Source: Octopus sinensis (lineage: Eukaryota). From it: a DNA stretch of 64,000 bases. The notes under the pieces were generated by a model, which saw nothing but the letters and a program-made list of their open reading frames with translations, searched no databases and had not been told where the DNA came from. This document shows positions 35,097 through 49,375 of the stretch, one piece after another (positions within the stretch are counted from its first letter, which is position 1; the number at the start of each line of letters is the position of its first letter). The stretch lies in contig NC_043004.1 in the NCBI RefSeq assembly GCF_006345805.1, forward strand, positions 31,062,001-31,126,000, written 5' to 3'. A program made the translations under genes and the position numbers.

Positions 35097-35953
35097 ATAT
35101 ATATTGAAAATTCCAAGTAAGAAGACAATGCGTTTAGCACATTTTAAATGATCATTTGCAATTGTTTCTGTGCCACTTTTTAAAGCCATCACACACAGAA
35201 GTTCTCTGTGCTAAGTTATATAATATTTGCACTTAATGCCACTCTAGTGATTAAAACTGCAAATATGTAACTTTTTCACAATGGCGTTAAAAACAGAGTG
35301 ATACCAAAACAATTGCAACTGGTCATTAAAGAGGTACTAAACTCTTTCTTTTCTTATTTGGTCTATATTTTATTCTTAGGATTAAGGGAGGTGATTTTAT
35401 GCTAGATGCTGAGAGGCTAAAATACGATAGAGGGACAAGTAGAAGTGTGTTGCTCTTGCTCCATACCAGAATGGGTTACATGTATATATTTTGAGCTGCA
35501 TGCCCTCCCTGTTACTAAGACTTACCTGGTTTCAAGTATGGGACATTTTATTCCATGTCTTTGAGGGTAGAGCCAGGAAAGGATCTGTTGATAAGGAACA
35601 ACATTATTGTATAGCTCAGTGGGTATATTTTTGTATGTGAAGCATGTAGGGTGTAGACAAGACACATATAGGCATTCCTACTCCATTATTTATATATATA
35701 CATACATATAATGTGTGTGAGTGAACCCTTGTCAAACATCATATGATGTTTATAAATGGGTATCATCATCATACAAGCAAGGTTGTTTGTTTCTAGTCTT
35801 TTGTGAAAAATGTCTGGCTAAGAAGAAATATTAGTGTGCTTGAAAAGCAGGTGAAGATTGACAACAGGAAGGGCATCCAGTTGTAGAAAATCTCCTTCAA
35901 CAAATTCCATCTGACCCATGCCAACATAGAATGGATGTTAAATGATGATATAG

Positions 35954-36000
<47 letters not shown>

Positions 36001-36025
36001 GGCAGACAGTGACTATACAAAGCGC

Positions 36026-36073
<48 letters not shown>

Positions 36074-36145
36074 GGCAGACAGAGACTATACAAAGCGCAT
36101 TATATATATATAATGACTACCGAGTAATGTAACATATTATTGTAT

Positions 36146-36183
<38 letters not shown>

Positions 36184-36819
36184 AAGGGCTGAACATGAAA
36201 ACTTGTGGTTGAGAAGCAAACTTCTTAACCATGCAACTGCGCCTGTATCTATTATACACGAAACAGTGTTTGTGCACATGTGTGTGTATTTTACTTGTTT
36301 CAGCCATTAGACTGCAATCATAGCCAGACACGTTTTTCACAAAAGACTGGAAATGAACAACTTTGCTTGTATGACAATGACGTCCATTTACAAAGGCTTC
36401 TCAACATCTAGCATAAAGCCACCTCTTTTATCACTGTCTTTATCTTGGGGTTTTATCTTGTGAGTTACTTGGTGACCTCACTGGTGCCAATGCCACATAA
36501 AAAGCACCCAGTACACTCTGTAAGGTGACTGGTGTTGGAAAGGGCACCCAGTCATAGAAACCACACCTACGTAATCACAGGAAGTTGACACAATCCTCCA
36601 GCTCATTGGATTCTGTCAGAGCATCAAAAGCATGCTGAGCAAAATGCTTAGTAGTATTTCATCCGGCTTTACGTTCTGAGTTCAAATTTCACCAAGGTTA
36701 AAATTTTGCCATTCATCCTTTTGGGCTCAATAAAACAAGTACCATTTAAGCACTGAGATCAATATAATTGACTTATCCCTCCCTTGAAATTGCAGGGCTG
36801 ATGCCAAAATTTGAAACTG

Positions 36820-36854
<35 letters not shown>

Positions 36855-36857
<3 letters not shown>

Positions 36858-37236
36858 AGTGGCTGTGTGGTAAGTAGCTTGCTTACAAACCACATGGTTC
36901 CAGGTTCAGTCCTACTGCATGGCACCTTAGGCAAGTGTCTTCTACTATAGCTTCGGGCCGACCAAAGCCATGCGAGTGGATTTGGTAGACGGAAACTGAA
37001 AGAAGCCTGTCGTATATATGTAAGTGTGTGTATATGTTTGTGTTTCTCCCCCCCAACATCGCTTGACAACCGATGCTGGTGTGTTTACGTCCCCGTAACT
37101 TAGCAGTTCGGCAAAAGAGACCGATAGAATAAGTACTAGTCTTCCAAAGAATAAGTCCTGGGGTCGATCTGCTCGACTAAAGGTGGTGCTCCAGCATGGC
37201 CACAGTCAAATGACAGAAACAAAAGAGTAAAGAGTA
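36855..37236 (+). mobile_element. CORE-type SINE copy
   Basis: Same family as 6352-6733. Confidence 0.85.
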
Positions 37237-38722
37237 TATGTTCCTGCCCACTTGCTGTTACCTTTAGCAGCAAGCTAAAGGCCACATCATAATATTGATT
37301 AACAGCTAAGTGTTCTGAACAATTCAAAATTAAGTGTCTTTGCTAGAGACACTTCATATAAAAGATGATAGTAAACAAAGTATCAGTCAATTTGACCAGC
37401 TGCAATAGGCATTTCATTAGCAGAAGATGGACATGTTTTCAAAGCAAACAGCTTACTGAGAACAGAATGTAACTACAATTTTCAAATAAAACATATTGCA
37501 TTAAATCATGAATGAAGTGCTAAAGTTTACAAAGAAAGTGAGCACATGAAGTTGCTTCAATCAACCTTCATCATTCACAAGTATTTATTTGATGAGCTTC
37601 AGGCACAAATTAGCCTGAAAAAATAGCCAGATGCCACCATCTGAATCAAATACAATATGTTACTAAAAAAAATTGAAAATTCAAGAGTGAGGACATAAAT
37701 GTACATTGCGATTTTTTTTCTAGAGCAGCTTCATAAAGATAGACTGTTTAGCTGAGAAATTAAATACAATTTACATCATACAATAACCAACATATTCTGC
37801 TGGCTTGCTCTTGAAATTACATCAATAAAATATAGCTGAGTGCACTCTGTTTTTTTTAAATACATATATTGGGTTTCATTTACTTAATATAGTGAGCTGA
37901 AAAATTTCAATTAACTGAGATTATCCAAACAATTATAGGTAAAAGCTCCCACTAGAGGCATGTAAAAATCTAAAATGCAGCAGGCAAGGGAGACAGCACC
38001 AATAAAATAGATTCACTGAAATATTGGAAAATATAGAAAATACAACACAGAAAGTGGATCTGGTTGCAAATTATAATCCATTGTCGAGTGAATAACAACA
38101 GTTCTACACACACATTCTTTACACTTCTTTTTCACTTGCATTTCCAATGAAGAGGAAGTCTAACTGAAAAGTATTGAGGTGTGGTGTAAACCATAATAGA
38201 AAATACAATAAGATTTTTAATAAAAGGCTACAATAAAATATAATGCTGGACTTTAAATTCAAACTTGCATTTACCAAGCAAATAAATGGGCTTAGTTAAC
38301 TAGTAGTTATTATATAAACTTCTCCCATTCAACTAACCTACGCACTTAGTTAATGCTGATAAAGTACAATCACAAATTTGATTTAAAAAGAATGTCAAGC
38401 AAAACTGAAAGAAATTTCTTTAGAAAAATAGCAGAAAATAAGAATATTTAAACTCGTCAGTTTGGTATGATCAAATAATGTAAATACATCAACCGCTGCA
38501 ACAACAAAATTATTCAAAACTATATTAGCACAATGTGGACAAGCTGTTGTTAATAAAAATACACCTGTATATCAAACAATTAAAACTTGCATCCATATTA
38601 ATCAGCAGGCCATGTTTGATACTTTCTACAGCATTTCTCATCTTCATAATCTTTTGTTGTTATTCTTTAATGAAATATAAGAAGAATTATAATTCCAGAT
38701 ATAAAGTGTTGTTTCCAACATA

Positions 38723-39724
38723 CAAGGGTCAGCTGAAATGTTCATAGGCTGACCAAGATACTCTCATGGAATGTGACCAAATGAGGTTTATTTTTCAATA
38801 TAGTCCCCTTTGCAGTCCACACACTTCTTCCATCGGTGTTTCAGTGTTTGGATCCCATTGGTGAACTGGCTTTCACCCTGTTGGTCAAAAAAAGCCATCA
38901 ACAGCTGATGCTGGTTCCCAACCAAGTGCTTTATAATGTTGAGGAACAGATGATAGTCAGATGTGGACAAATCCAGTAGGGAGGGTGACCAACCAGTTCA
39001 AAGCCACAGTCATGCACAATTCTCCAGCAAGGATTTACATGCTAGAGAATTGTCCTCATGAAACAAGACCATTTCATCAGTTTTCCTGGGTGTTTGGTCT
39101 TGATAGCTTTTTGTAATTGCCTCAGCAGGTTGGCAGAGTACCATGGCCCTTTTGAAGATAGTCAATAAACACAATGCCTTCTGCATCCCAAAAAATTGTG
39201 GCCATCATGTTCCCAGTAGATGAAATGATCTTGGTCTTCTTTGGAGCATTTAAGGAGAAGTGTTTCCACTGCATGGAATGTCCCTTTGTCACTGGCTCAA
39301 AGTGATAAACCCAACACTCATCCTGACTTAGGAAGCGTTCAAGGAAACCAACTAGATCTGCCTCAAGCAATTTCAGATTTTCCTCTGATGTGATCAGCCT
39401 GGTGTGCTTTTGATCAGGTGTCAGATGTGATACCCACCAAGCAGAAACCTTCATCATGCCAAGTTCATCATGTACAATATTTTCAACTCTCTCATGGGAC
39501 ATGCTAATAGCTGGAGTGTCATCCCATAACACAGCAGCCTTGTTTGACTATTTTCAAGAGTAGTCGCCACTAGTTACTTCTGAAGTCTTCTTTGAACAGT
39601 GAAATTACCTGGAAAGAAACAATGCATTTATTAATAAGAAGGGTTGGAATTAACGCCTGCAAGATTTCACAGCTCTAACATCACTCCTTCATAGCCAGCC
39701 TATAAACTTTTCAGCCCACCTTCA
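38723..39724 (-). mobile_element. Internally deleted mariner
   Basis: 29-bp TIRs (22/29 identical) flanked by TA; motifs SQDECWVYHFEP, KIISSTGNMMATIFWD and DLSTSDYHLF. Confidence 0.85.
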
Positions 39725-39779
39725 TAAATACAAATTTAAATATTATCTTTTGCACATAAAATGTCCAAACATTTTAGCC

Positions 39780-40640
39780 TATGAAGCAAGTAGTAAAAAT
39801 GAGATCAAGAAAATGTGGACAGCACGCAAGTCATGAAATAGGAATTTCAAAATTGAATGTCTATTTTTGGAATGTAATTTTTCCAATGACAGTGCTTCAA
39901 AATGTGATAGTTTATTCTCTCAATGAAGATGATTTACACCAAAGAAGGGAGTTTTACAAGTGGCACTTGACAAATCGTGTAGTAGAAGTACAAAATTTGC
40001 TTGGAGTGATGAGGCTACATTCAAATTAAATGGCTCAACTGCCACAATTGCACCAACTAGGGTGCCTGAGAATCCACATAATTTGGAGGAAAATCATATT
40101 AATCTATCAGGAATTACTGTATGGTGGGGCACCTATTGTGACTAGTCCCATTTACTTGAACTTTCTGCAACATGTTCTGTCATGCCAAGCATTCAAGAAG
40201 GTGTTGAAGATATGGAATTATATTTCCAAGATGGGGCACTCCACACTACCACAGCAATGTAAGAGTCAACCTTGATGAAATTTTGCCAAACAGGTCAATT
40301 AGATGAAGAGATTCAGCAGAATACCCTCCATGTTCACTGGAATGCTTAGAAAATAAAGTTTGCAGTACAAAGTCAGCAACAGTCAAACTGAGAGCAGCCA
40401 TTGAATTAGAATGTGCTCAAATACCAAATGAAATGCTTCTTGATGTCTGCAATTCCATTGCTTTGCATTATCAGCAGTGCCTGGAGCAGACCAGTCATCA
40501 GTTTGGAAACAAGAATTCATTAAAAAAAAATTAAATTCTGTCTGTAGATGATATTAAATTTTGAAAATGAAATGTATTTCAATAAACACTAACTTTATAA
40601 TCATTCAATGAGTGTATACATTTTCTTGGGACACCATGTG
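39780..40640 (+). mobile_element. Decayed Tc1/mariner superfamily transposase remnant
   Basis: [15 protein letters not shown] and YFQDGA motifs spread across frames. Confidence 0.7.
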
Positions 40641-41199
40641 TGTGTACACACACACATACAACCAGTTTCCCCTCTACTAAATTCGCCCCACAAGAGTTTG
40701 ATAGGCCCTGGTCTATTGTAGAAGACACTTGCCTAAGGTCACACAGTGGACCCAAACTAAAAAACTATGTAGTTGAAAATTTAAAAATCGTACTTTACAT
40801 AAATAGAACTTTCCTGTTAAGCAAAGGCACACCTTAGAAAGAGAACGCTTATATTAGATTTCTTCCACACACCCCCATAAACAGCTAGTAGCATATTCCC
40901 ATAATGCTGTCAGCTATCAAAATATTTCTATAAATATGTTGCACACACTGGTAGTCTCCAGTGTATAAATGACTTCCTAGTATTGTGTTAATGTATTACA
41001 GTAAATCAATGAAGGAGGAGAATAAAGCTCTAGTCTCACTATGGCTACTGTTAAAAAATTTAAGGAACACCCATAAATTTTCTTTCGTTTAGAAAACATC
41101 AGTAATGATGAATCACCAAATAGAATTTCTCACTGAACAGAAACAAGAAATATTGTTTGGAAAAAAGCATTTTTGTAAAATAAGGTAAAGAGTAGAATT

Positions 41200-43244
41200 T
41201 AATAAAAATCTTCAGTTTATTCATTTATACAAGAAAAGATGTTACAATGATATATTTGTTTTTCATGGGGGTAAGGGATAATCCAAGAGTGAAAAGTTGT
41301 TCAGTTCTGACATCTTATAGTTAAGAGGGATGGTGGGCACATATGCAAAACTGACTCCACATTTTCGGTATAAGAAGAAAGCATCAACAGACAGTATTAA
41401 AAGAATGCTGCCAGTTTTGTCAGCTGCAGTACCAGTTTAACCTCTGGCTTTACTGCAAATGAGTAGGATTTTTTAAAAAGATACAGCACAGATATATACA
41501 CAGATATAAATGTTTGGATTGAATAATACATTCAAATGTATTCTTTTTTTTTTGTTTGTTTGTTTGTTTTTTTATTTGTTTTTTTTTTTGCCTTGGCTTT
41601 GTCCATTCATTGAATGCCTGAGTATAAAATATTGTACTGTATTTATTAAGTTTAGCTTAAACTTCTACACGTTGTGAGAAGTTAACAAAGGAAACATACA
41701 ATATAGTATGTAATGCACTTCAAAAAAGTTTACATATACAATCTTAGGAACTGCTTGTGTTCCTGCTCACATCTGACTGCAAATATACCTGCAAGCAATC
41801 TCATGTATGTTGCAATGTGCAATGTTGTGTTATGTAAGCTGAATGTAAGTTGCAAATACATATCAAAGTCCGAAGACTTGTAGAATTGGCCTTTGGCTAC
41901 TCTGATCAACTGCCATTTGTCAAGCAGTGAAATGCTCAGTTGAAGTACAAATGTAATTGTAGTAAAGCAGCACTGAAAAGAGGAAGTAAAACCAAGGTTT
42001 CTCCAAATCAGGTAATTCACAAGTTTGAAAATAAACTGCTTTTGAATTTATATTTTTTAATATAGAATTTTTTTTTAATTTAGAAATTCAAATATCACAT
42101 TGTTTAAAGAAAAATAATTAAATTATGCACTTGCAAAACATTGTGGTATTAAGATAGCAAAGAATTAAATTATCTTTAATAGTAATAACAATAATAATAA
42201 TTTCTTTTTAATATTTATAATGATTTTCTTTTCAATATTAATAGTAATAAAAATAAAAGCTGAAGAGTAAAAGAAAAAAAAATTATATCTACTGATATTC
42301 TTGAAATATTTTCAGAATAAGACCCTAAAAACAAGAGCACTTGATAATTAAATCAGTTTTCTGTAGAATATACAAATATTGTATAGCAATCAGCTTAAGT
42401 AAATAAATATTCCATTTAATGAAAATAGTATCAATAAAAAGTCAACTTCAAACTGAAGCCTAAAAGATTAACAATCTATTTAGATAACTATTAATCTTAA
42501 TGTGTCCAAAAAAAAAAAATGAAGGAAAAGAAAAAAAACAAGGCAGATTTGTGTCACTGAACACAGAAAAGCCAAATTAATAAGGATTGTGATTGTTACA
42601 TCCAATAGCAGTGAGCAGCCAAAGAGTTACATTTTCTCTGGAGTGAAATCAGGAAAATAAATCAAATGGTAACAACTGGTGGGGGTGGGGAGATTATAAA
42701 CAGGTATGTAAATTAGTAGAGTATTAAATAAAATAGTTGGAGTAATTAAAAAAAATATATGTATTAAAAAAAAATTAAATATGTCTACGAAATAGAATTA
42801 AAAAAAAAAAAATGATAACTTCAGTGACAATGGCTCTGACATACCAACTATCATGCTGTTTTCAGTACTTGTTTTACTTTCAAATGCCATAACCATTTAT
42901 TTACTCATTGCTCCCAACAACATTTTTTTTTTTATAATCAAAACAAAAGGAAAGCCAACAGTTTCATGTTTTCAGGAAGATGTTGTTCAAACTTTTTGTC
43001 AACCAACCCGTCTTGACATCTTCATGGTATCTAGCAAGCCAGCCGCTGTAGTAAGTGAATTCATTCATCGGCTTGAAGCAGTGCTTGAAATCATAATTTC
43101 CTATAGTTGGTGATAGAAGTGATAGAGGTGGCAATAGAAATTAGAAAGAGTATAAATCCAGCCAGATGGCATAGTTACATACACCACTATATCACTAGCT
43201 TGACATAACAGTGATATTCCTGCACTGACCAGGTAAACATACTG
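41200..43244 (-). other. Probable 3' UTR of the TSC22 gene
   Basis: Follows the stop codon and has no SINEs or dinucleotide microsatellites. Minus-strand AATAAA occurs at 41642-41647 and 41216-41221, the latter followed by U-rich sequence. The 3' end is inferred. Confidence 0.55.
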
Positions 43245-43439
43245 TTAAGAAGTGGTCGCAGCAGGTGGTTGTGGTCGAGGTTGACTTAGTTTTGATAATG
43301 TATCTGGACTTGCAGAAGTTCGCAAAATACTGTTTTCATACTCTAATTGGTTATTTTTCTCTGTCAATTCCTTGATTTGTTCTTTCAGAACTTCTACTTC
43401 TTCCCTTACAGCAAACATCAAATGACTTTTCACCAAGTC
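43245..43439 (-). CDS. bun/TSC22D: TSC22-domain family protein (bunched/TSC22D-like), terminal coding exon: end of TSC box, leucine zipper and short Pro/Gln-rich tail
   Basis: Translates as [64 protein letters not shown]. This has the TSC-box motif and the L-x6-L-x6-L-x6-L zipper. Pyrimidine-rich acceptor tttattttaacag|GAC at 43440/43439; TAA stop at 43247-43245. The vertebrate paralogue (D1-D4) cannot be assigned. Confidence 0.97.
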   Translation of the reverse strand, partial: DLVKSHLMFAVREEVEVLKEQIKELTEKNNQLEYENSILRTSASPDTLSKLSQPRPQPPAATTS

Positions 43440-43655
43440 CTGTTAAAATAAAGAGTAAACATATTAAAACATATTCAAAACCCATCACACAGTTCATATT
43501 TTTTCCCTACTGCTTTTTCGCTCCACTACAAAACTATTTCTCTCAAAACTACATTTTACTGCTGTTAATTACAAAAGTATTTACACTGATTATTTTCCAT
43601 TTAGGAAATAAGGAAGTACATAGATATATTTTCTGGTTTTACAATGCATTGGTGG

Positions 43656-43728
<73 letters not shown>

Positions 43729-44204
43729 CTTATAAACTCTACATCTGGATGGACTCATATTAAACCCTGTTGGACTTTTGGATTTTACTCAAAGAATATT
43801 GGAATATTACACATATATACCATTATGCCTATAAAATGGATTTACAAATTCAATAACCATACATATCTTACATCTATTTTCTTTCCTCCACCTCACTCTT
43901 TATTTGTATCACATACTTAACTTTTCCTCTCACACCATCTCCAATGAAGGGATATTATTAATTAATATCCTAGAAACAGCTATAAGACCTATCTATAAAT
44001 GTTAATATCTATACAGCCTTGGTTTTTTTATCTCATTATGCAAAAAAATTCATATATACACACGCTGACATAGAACCAGCATTGAACCCTTTATTCATAA
44101 TATTACCAAATCTGGAATTTAACTATTGTCTGTCTATAGCACTTATTCAGTATTACCTGACACCTTTGGGTCTCAATGGCACCATTATCTCTCATATATA
44201 TATG

Positions 44205-44540
44205 AAGGTGCGTGGCTCAGTGGTTAGAGCGTCGAGCTTATGATCGTGAGGTTGTGAGCTCGAATCCCGGACCGGGCTGCGTCTTGTGTTCTTGAGCAAG
44301 ACACTTTATTTCACGTTGCTCCAGTTCACTCAGCTGTAGAAATGAGTTGCGACGTCACAGGTGCCAAGCTGTATCGGCCCTTGCCTTTCCCTTGGACAAC
44401 ATCGGTGACGTGGAGAGGGGAGGCCGGTATGCATGGGCGACTGCTGGTCTTCCATAAAACAACCTTGCCCAGACTTGTGCCTCAGAGGGTAACTCTCTAG
44501 GTGCAAACCCATGGTCAGTGTCTGACCGAAGGGGGTCACT
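44205..44540 (+). mobile_element. tRNA-derived SINE in the last TSC22 intron, antisense to the gene
   Basis: tggctcagtggttagagc A box, gagctcgaatcc B box and gtgttcttgagcaagacacttta central domain. The acceptor stem does not close, so it is not a tRNA gene. Confidence 0.8.
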
Positions 44541-47479
44541 ATATATCAAATAATGGGTATATGCAAATAGTTATTTCTAATTGTCAGTTGAGATGATCAA
44601 CACCATTCATACAAAACCTTCAAGTTATTTTTATTCACAGAAAATTAGGGTAGCAAAAGAATCATAGGAAAGTAGCACTAACAAAACCAAATCTTCTGTG
44701 ACTTCACAATGTTGCTACCAATGATAACAAAAATAATAATTTCAAACAGAAGCAAGCAGCTGCAAGAATTTAAAATTACAGACCAATTTTCTAATTCATT
44801 CATGTGTAATGTCATGTTTTATGCTGTTTCATATTTTATGACAAAATTCAAATATTTCCTTGTAAATTATTAGATTTCATACAGTCATAAACACATCAAG
44901 TGCACTTCCTACTAAATCAGATGTGTAGATTATATAATAACAGCACCAAATGTATCAAGAAGGCTGATTTTATACATGTGATCAGCTCTCAACTGGCATT
45001 GACTAACCCCATCACTACCACTAACCAGTTTCATTTTCATCAGGTTATCAGTTTCTACTCTGCCACTGTCAACATTGTACATAGGTGGATATGGGAAGAA
45101 GTAAGGTCCAACCTGATAATAAGGAATCACAGCTTTGATAGTGCATGGTGGAAACTAACGGTAACATGCTATGCTGCAAACTTATGCCATGGGAAAACCA
45201 ATTTAAAACATAGTCCACACCCTTTCGTATATATTTGCACTCACATAAGCTAATATGTGTATAAAACATGAAACAAGAAAAAAATATCAACAAATGACTT
45301 CCTTATTGTTCACAAATCTTTTGGCATCAAAATGTAAAATAGTTTCTTTGGTGGAGAAAGAATTTGGCTACAAAAGGAATATTGCAGCTGCTGAGAAACC
45401 TAATTTTTTGTGCTCGTTATAGCAGATAGTCTCTATTTTATATCAAATACAAATGACTCACTATAATATAAGTGACGATAATATCACTTTAAAAAAAAAT
45501 TATTCTGTATCAAGTTTTCTTTGAAATTTTTGCTTACCAAATATAATGACAAAATAAACAAAGAGAAACAGTGATATATGGAAGAGAAAAATGGTGAAAT
45601 AAGTTTAAAGTTATTTGTTGTGATATAAGAGTTAATTTTAATGGAATTTCAACTTGAAATGTAGAAAACTACTTAAAGCATTTAATGTAATATTTCACAA
45701 TTTCTACCAAGTCCCTCTGATAGCAAAATCTGCCTAATCTGTTCTGGTATGAAATAAAATTGTGCATAATTTCAGTTTTTGTTATTTAATTTTAAATTGT
45801 ATTAATCCTATCTGTGGTGTGGATACACATTATTATTTAAGTGGTTTTTCTTCTTGTTCTGCAACTTAACTGCTGCACAGTGTCATATCAGATTAAAGTT
45901 CTTGACTAATAACTATAATCATCATCATCATCATTATCATCTGTTCAATGTAGTGATATCATACAAGACATTACTGTGTTGAAAACCAGTACCACACCCA
46001 CTTCATACATTTTGTCGGATGTTAATAGCAGCAGCACTATTGAAAAATGCTCAAATTTATAAAATCCACTCTATTCAAATGAACATGTTAGAAATAAAAA
46101 TAATATTAGTGCTAGGGAAAATCATTCAGCCATAAAAATTCTTATTCTCATCACCAATATTCATGATACAGTTATGCAATTACAAGTGACAAATCTATGC
46201 AGATGGAGCTACAATGGACAAAATGTTTTATCACATTCAGTATATCAGTATATGCTTCATACAATATATAATTTTATAATCATTAGAAAAATTACATTTA
46301 TTTGTATTTCTTTTCAAACTGACTGACATGTGCATATCGTATCAGCATTTTCTTTCATGTTATTCTTCTTTATGTTATCTAGTTTAGTCACTTCCTAACT
46401 ATAACACTTATCATCAATATCAATTTCTTTAAAAGACAATGGTCATCATGGGGCAGATTAAATACTTTACATATATCCTGATGTGTTCTAGGTTCAGCTC
46501 CTGTTGAGAATAACTTGCCTCCATCTCTCAAGGTCTAACATATTCAAAGAAAGCAAATATATTTTCCAGGATCTAAAACTGGATAGAATATAAATTGATT
46601 CAACCTAGAACTACCTCACTATAGCACCTTCCCAGCAGATATAATGATTTGATAATTGATTATTAACTAAAACTCATTCTCCTGTCAGATTTAGCTATTT
46701 TCAAATATTCTTGTTCCATTAGGATTAATACATTTCTGTATATTATTTGGAAAAGAATGATTTTTCTTTCTGCTATTATTCCTTTCAAACTGTTCGCACA
46801 TGCTAGCAAACAGTAGCAAATAGTTAATAGAAATTTCATGTTATTTGCTGGAGGGAATATTGATTATGAATAGACAAGTATCTCTGGTCAAAAAAAGGTT
46901 TTTATATTCTTAGAATATTTAACAACAGATAAAGCGATGTCAAGAACAATGTGAGTACAGTTTACTAACTAGATACCAACTAATGAAAATTAATCCAGAA
47001 AAAATCATATGAAGTTTTATTTTTAGCAGCAGAAATATTGCCATTGATTGATCATTATTAATCTCAGGTTAAAATATTACTGTTAATTGATCACTATCAA
47101 TCTCAGATTCAAAATGTAGTCCTCAATTCTAAAAGAACTGCTAGGGAAGAAAATGTGAATGTAATTTTTAACAAAGAAAAAAAAAAAACACCGATAGCAG
47201 TGAAAGACTTGATTCAGCTATAAGGAAAGCAGGATAAGAAATGGCATATCATTATCAAATATTTTCAAACCAAAAAAAAGCTTAAAGAGAGAATTTCAAT
47301 TCATATTGATCTATTATTTTTGCACATGTGAGAAGTTAAACTATAATGAGAATTGAGATAATAGTTTCTCATTCAGGAAATAGAGGAAATGGATTAGGAA
47401 GTAGTTCTAAACAATATAGCAATTAGAAAACTACATTTCATAAGTCTGACAAGAGTTCAAAATTGGGGGAGTCAATTTG

Positions 47480-48045
47480 GCAACAATACAGAGAAAATGG
47501 AAAAAGCACTAGGTGTACTGAAAGAAAAGTTAAGCATAAGAGGAATTATATATGCAGTGTGCAAGAGAGGGGGCTGCACTGGTTTGGTCACACGAGCTGG
47601 AAGGATAAGGACAGATGCATAAACAAGTGCTGATCCCTTTAAGTGGACAGAGTTTGTGGAAGAGGGAAACCCAAGAAGACATGGAACAAAGTATTGAAGG
47701 CTGATCCTTATGAAGCAGATGACAGAGGACTTAGATATGTGGTGCATTGCTGTACTCAAGAAAAGCTGTTCACCACAACAGAATTGATATCCTAAAACCA
47801 AGGTTCCACATAAAACATATTGGTGTTGGTACTACATAAAAAGCACTCATAATGGTATCATGTAAAAAGCACTGGTGATGGTGCCATGTAAAAAGCACCC
47901 AGTACACTCTGTAAAGTAGTTGGCATTAGGAAAGTCATCCAGCAGTAAAAACCAAGCCAAAACCGATTATGGAACCTGGTGCAGCTCCTGACAATGCCAC
48001 TTTTTGTCAAGCTGTCCATGCCAACATAGAAAACAGACATTAAAT
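47480..48045 (+). mobile_element. RTE LINE 3' end, decayed, intronic
   Basis: LHWFGH and GKPKKTWNKVLKADP-like motifs followed by the RTE-type 3' UTR. Confidence 0.7.
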
Positions 48046-49329
48046 GAATTATGATAATGCACTAATATAGGGAATTCTAGAAATTCTTCAGACAGATAAG
48101 AAAATTTCTCAACTAAATTCATATAGAATATATGAATGCAACTTTTACTCACCTACAATCTCATTACTCAGAATGCAACTTTTACTCACCTACAATCTCA
48201 TTTCTTTTGTCCTCACTCCTACTCACCTCACATCTTGAGGGTTCATCCAGACACCTCATCACCATTATTTTTACCTTTTCCCAGCTCCATCCTGATCACC
48301 TCTGCCTTCTTTTCTAAAACATGGATAGCCATGTAGCTTTTCTACAGCACTGGCACATTCTCTAATACTTTAACCCCCTCATCTCTGAGCATAAAGTTAC
48401 CCCTATCAGGATCATAGTCTTGCAAGCAGCATAGCAACCTCACTAATGCTGGCAGCACAAAGAAAAACACCCAGTATACTCCATAAAGTGGTTGGCATTA
48501 GGCACTGTCAACATTGGCATCCATCCACATCAAAGTAGACAATGAAAATGCCCTCCCGAAGGGGTGCACTATGCTCCAATCTACTTTGTCTATTTCACTG
48601 TTTAGTTCTTTTCAAACTACCCAACCCAAACCGGCATGGAACAAGCATATTAAATGATGATAAATAATTATTCAGAAGGTTGAAGATGTTTTTTTTAATT
48701 TCTGCTAATTAAAAAAAAAAAAAATTTACTTTTAAATATTTACTAAAACAACCAATGGAGATCCATACTAGAGTAGAAATTTTCAAAACTATTACCAGCC
48801 TAAAGTTAGCTACCTAAACGCAGAATCAATAACTACATAGTTTACACCCATCACGTGCATTCTTACTACTTTCAATATGTGCACCACACTATACAAACTA
48901 AACATACGGATTGATTCAACCACTTTCATTCAATGTAGGCAATTAATGATTTCATCGTCTTGATGCCATTCCTAACACAATCCAACTATGAACAGATCTC
49001 TATAACTATTTCTTTATTCTACACAGTCCCCCATCTCTCTCTCTCCTTCCCATAAACATATATATAAACACACACACAGTGCAACAGTCAAACTTAAATC
49101 CATTTCCAATATAACCAAACATGTCTAGCAATACAACTTTCCTTTATCCAAATATGTATGAATGTTTTCAGTTCTAAAACTGCCAATTGAGCATTAGTCA
49201 TCAGCTCATGTTGAGAGATGCAGTACTAGACACCTCAAATATATAAACAGTTCAAAAGGTATATAATCAATATTTTGAAGATAATTTTCCACATTAATTG
49301 CAAAGAGTTATTTAAAAAAGATCACTTAC

Positions 49330-49375
49330 CATTGCTTGTTCTATTTTATTATCAATGGCTACTGTACTTGAACCA
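49330..49375 (-). CDS. bun/TSC22D: TSC22-domain gene, internal 46-nt exon (start of TSC box)
   Basis: ttttgttttgcag|T GGT TCA AGT ACA GTA GCC ATT GAT AAT AAA ATA GAA CAA GCA ATG|gtaagt encodes (x)GSSTVAIDNKIEQAM. It splices in phase 0 to the DLVKSHL exon across a 5890-nt intron (43440-49329). The upstream intron must be phase 2. Confidence 0.96.

Noticed and set aside
44205-44280. tRNA gene
   Set aside because: The acceptor stem does not pair and the sequence continues into a SINE body. The same applies to 8160-8234.
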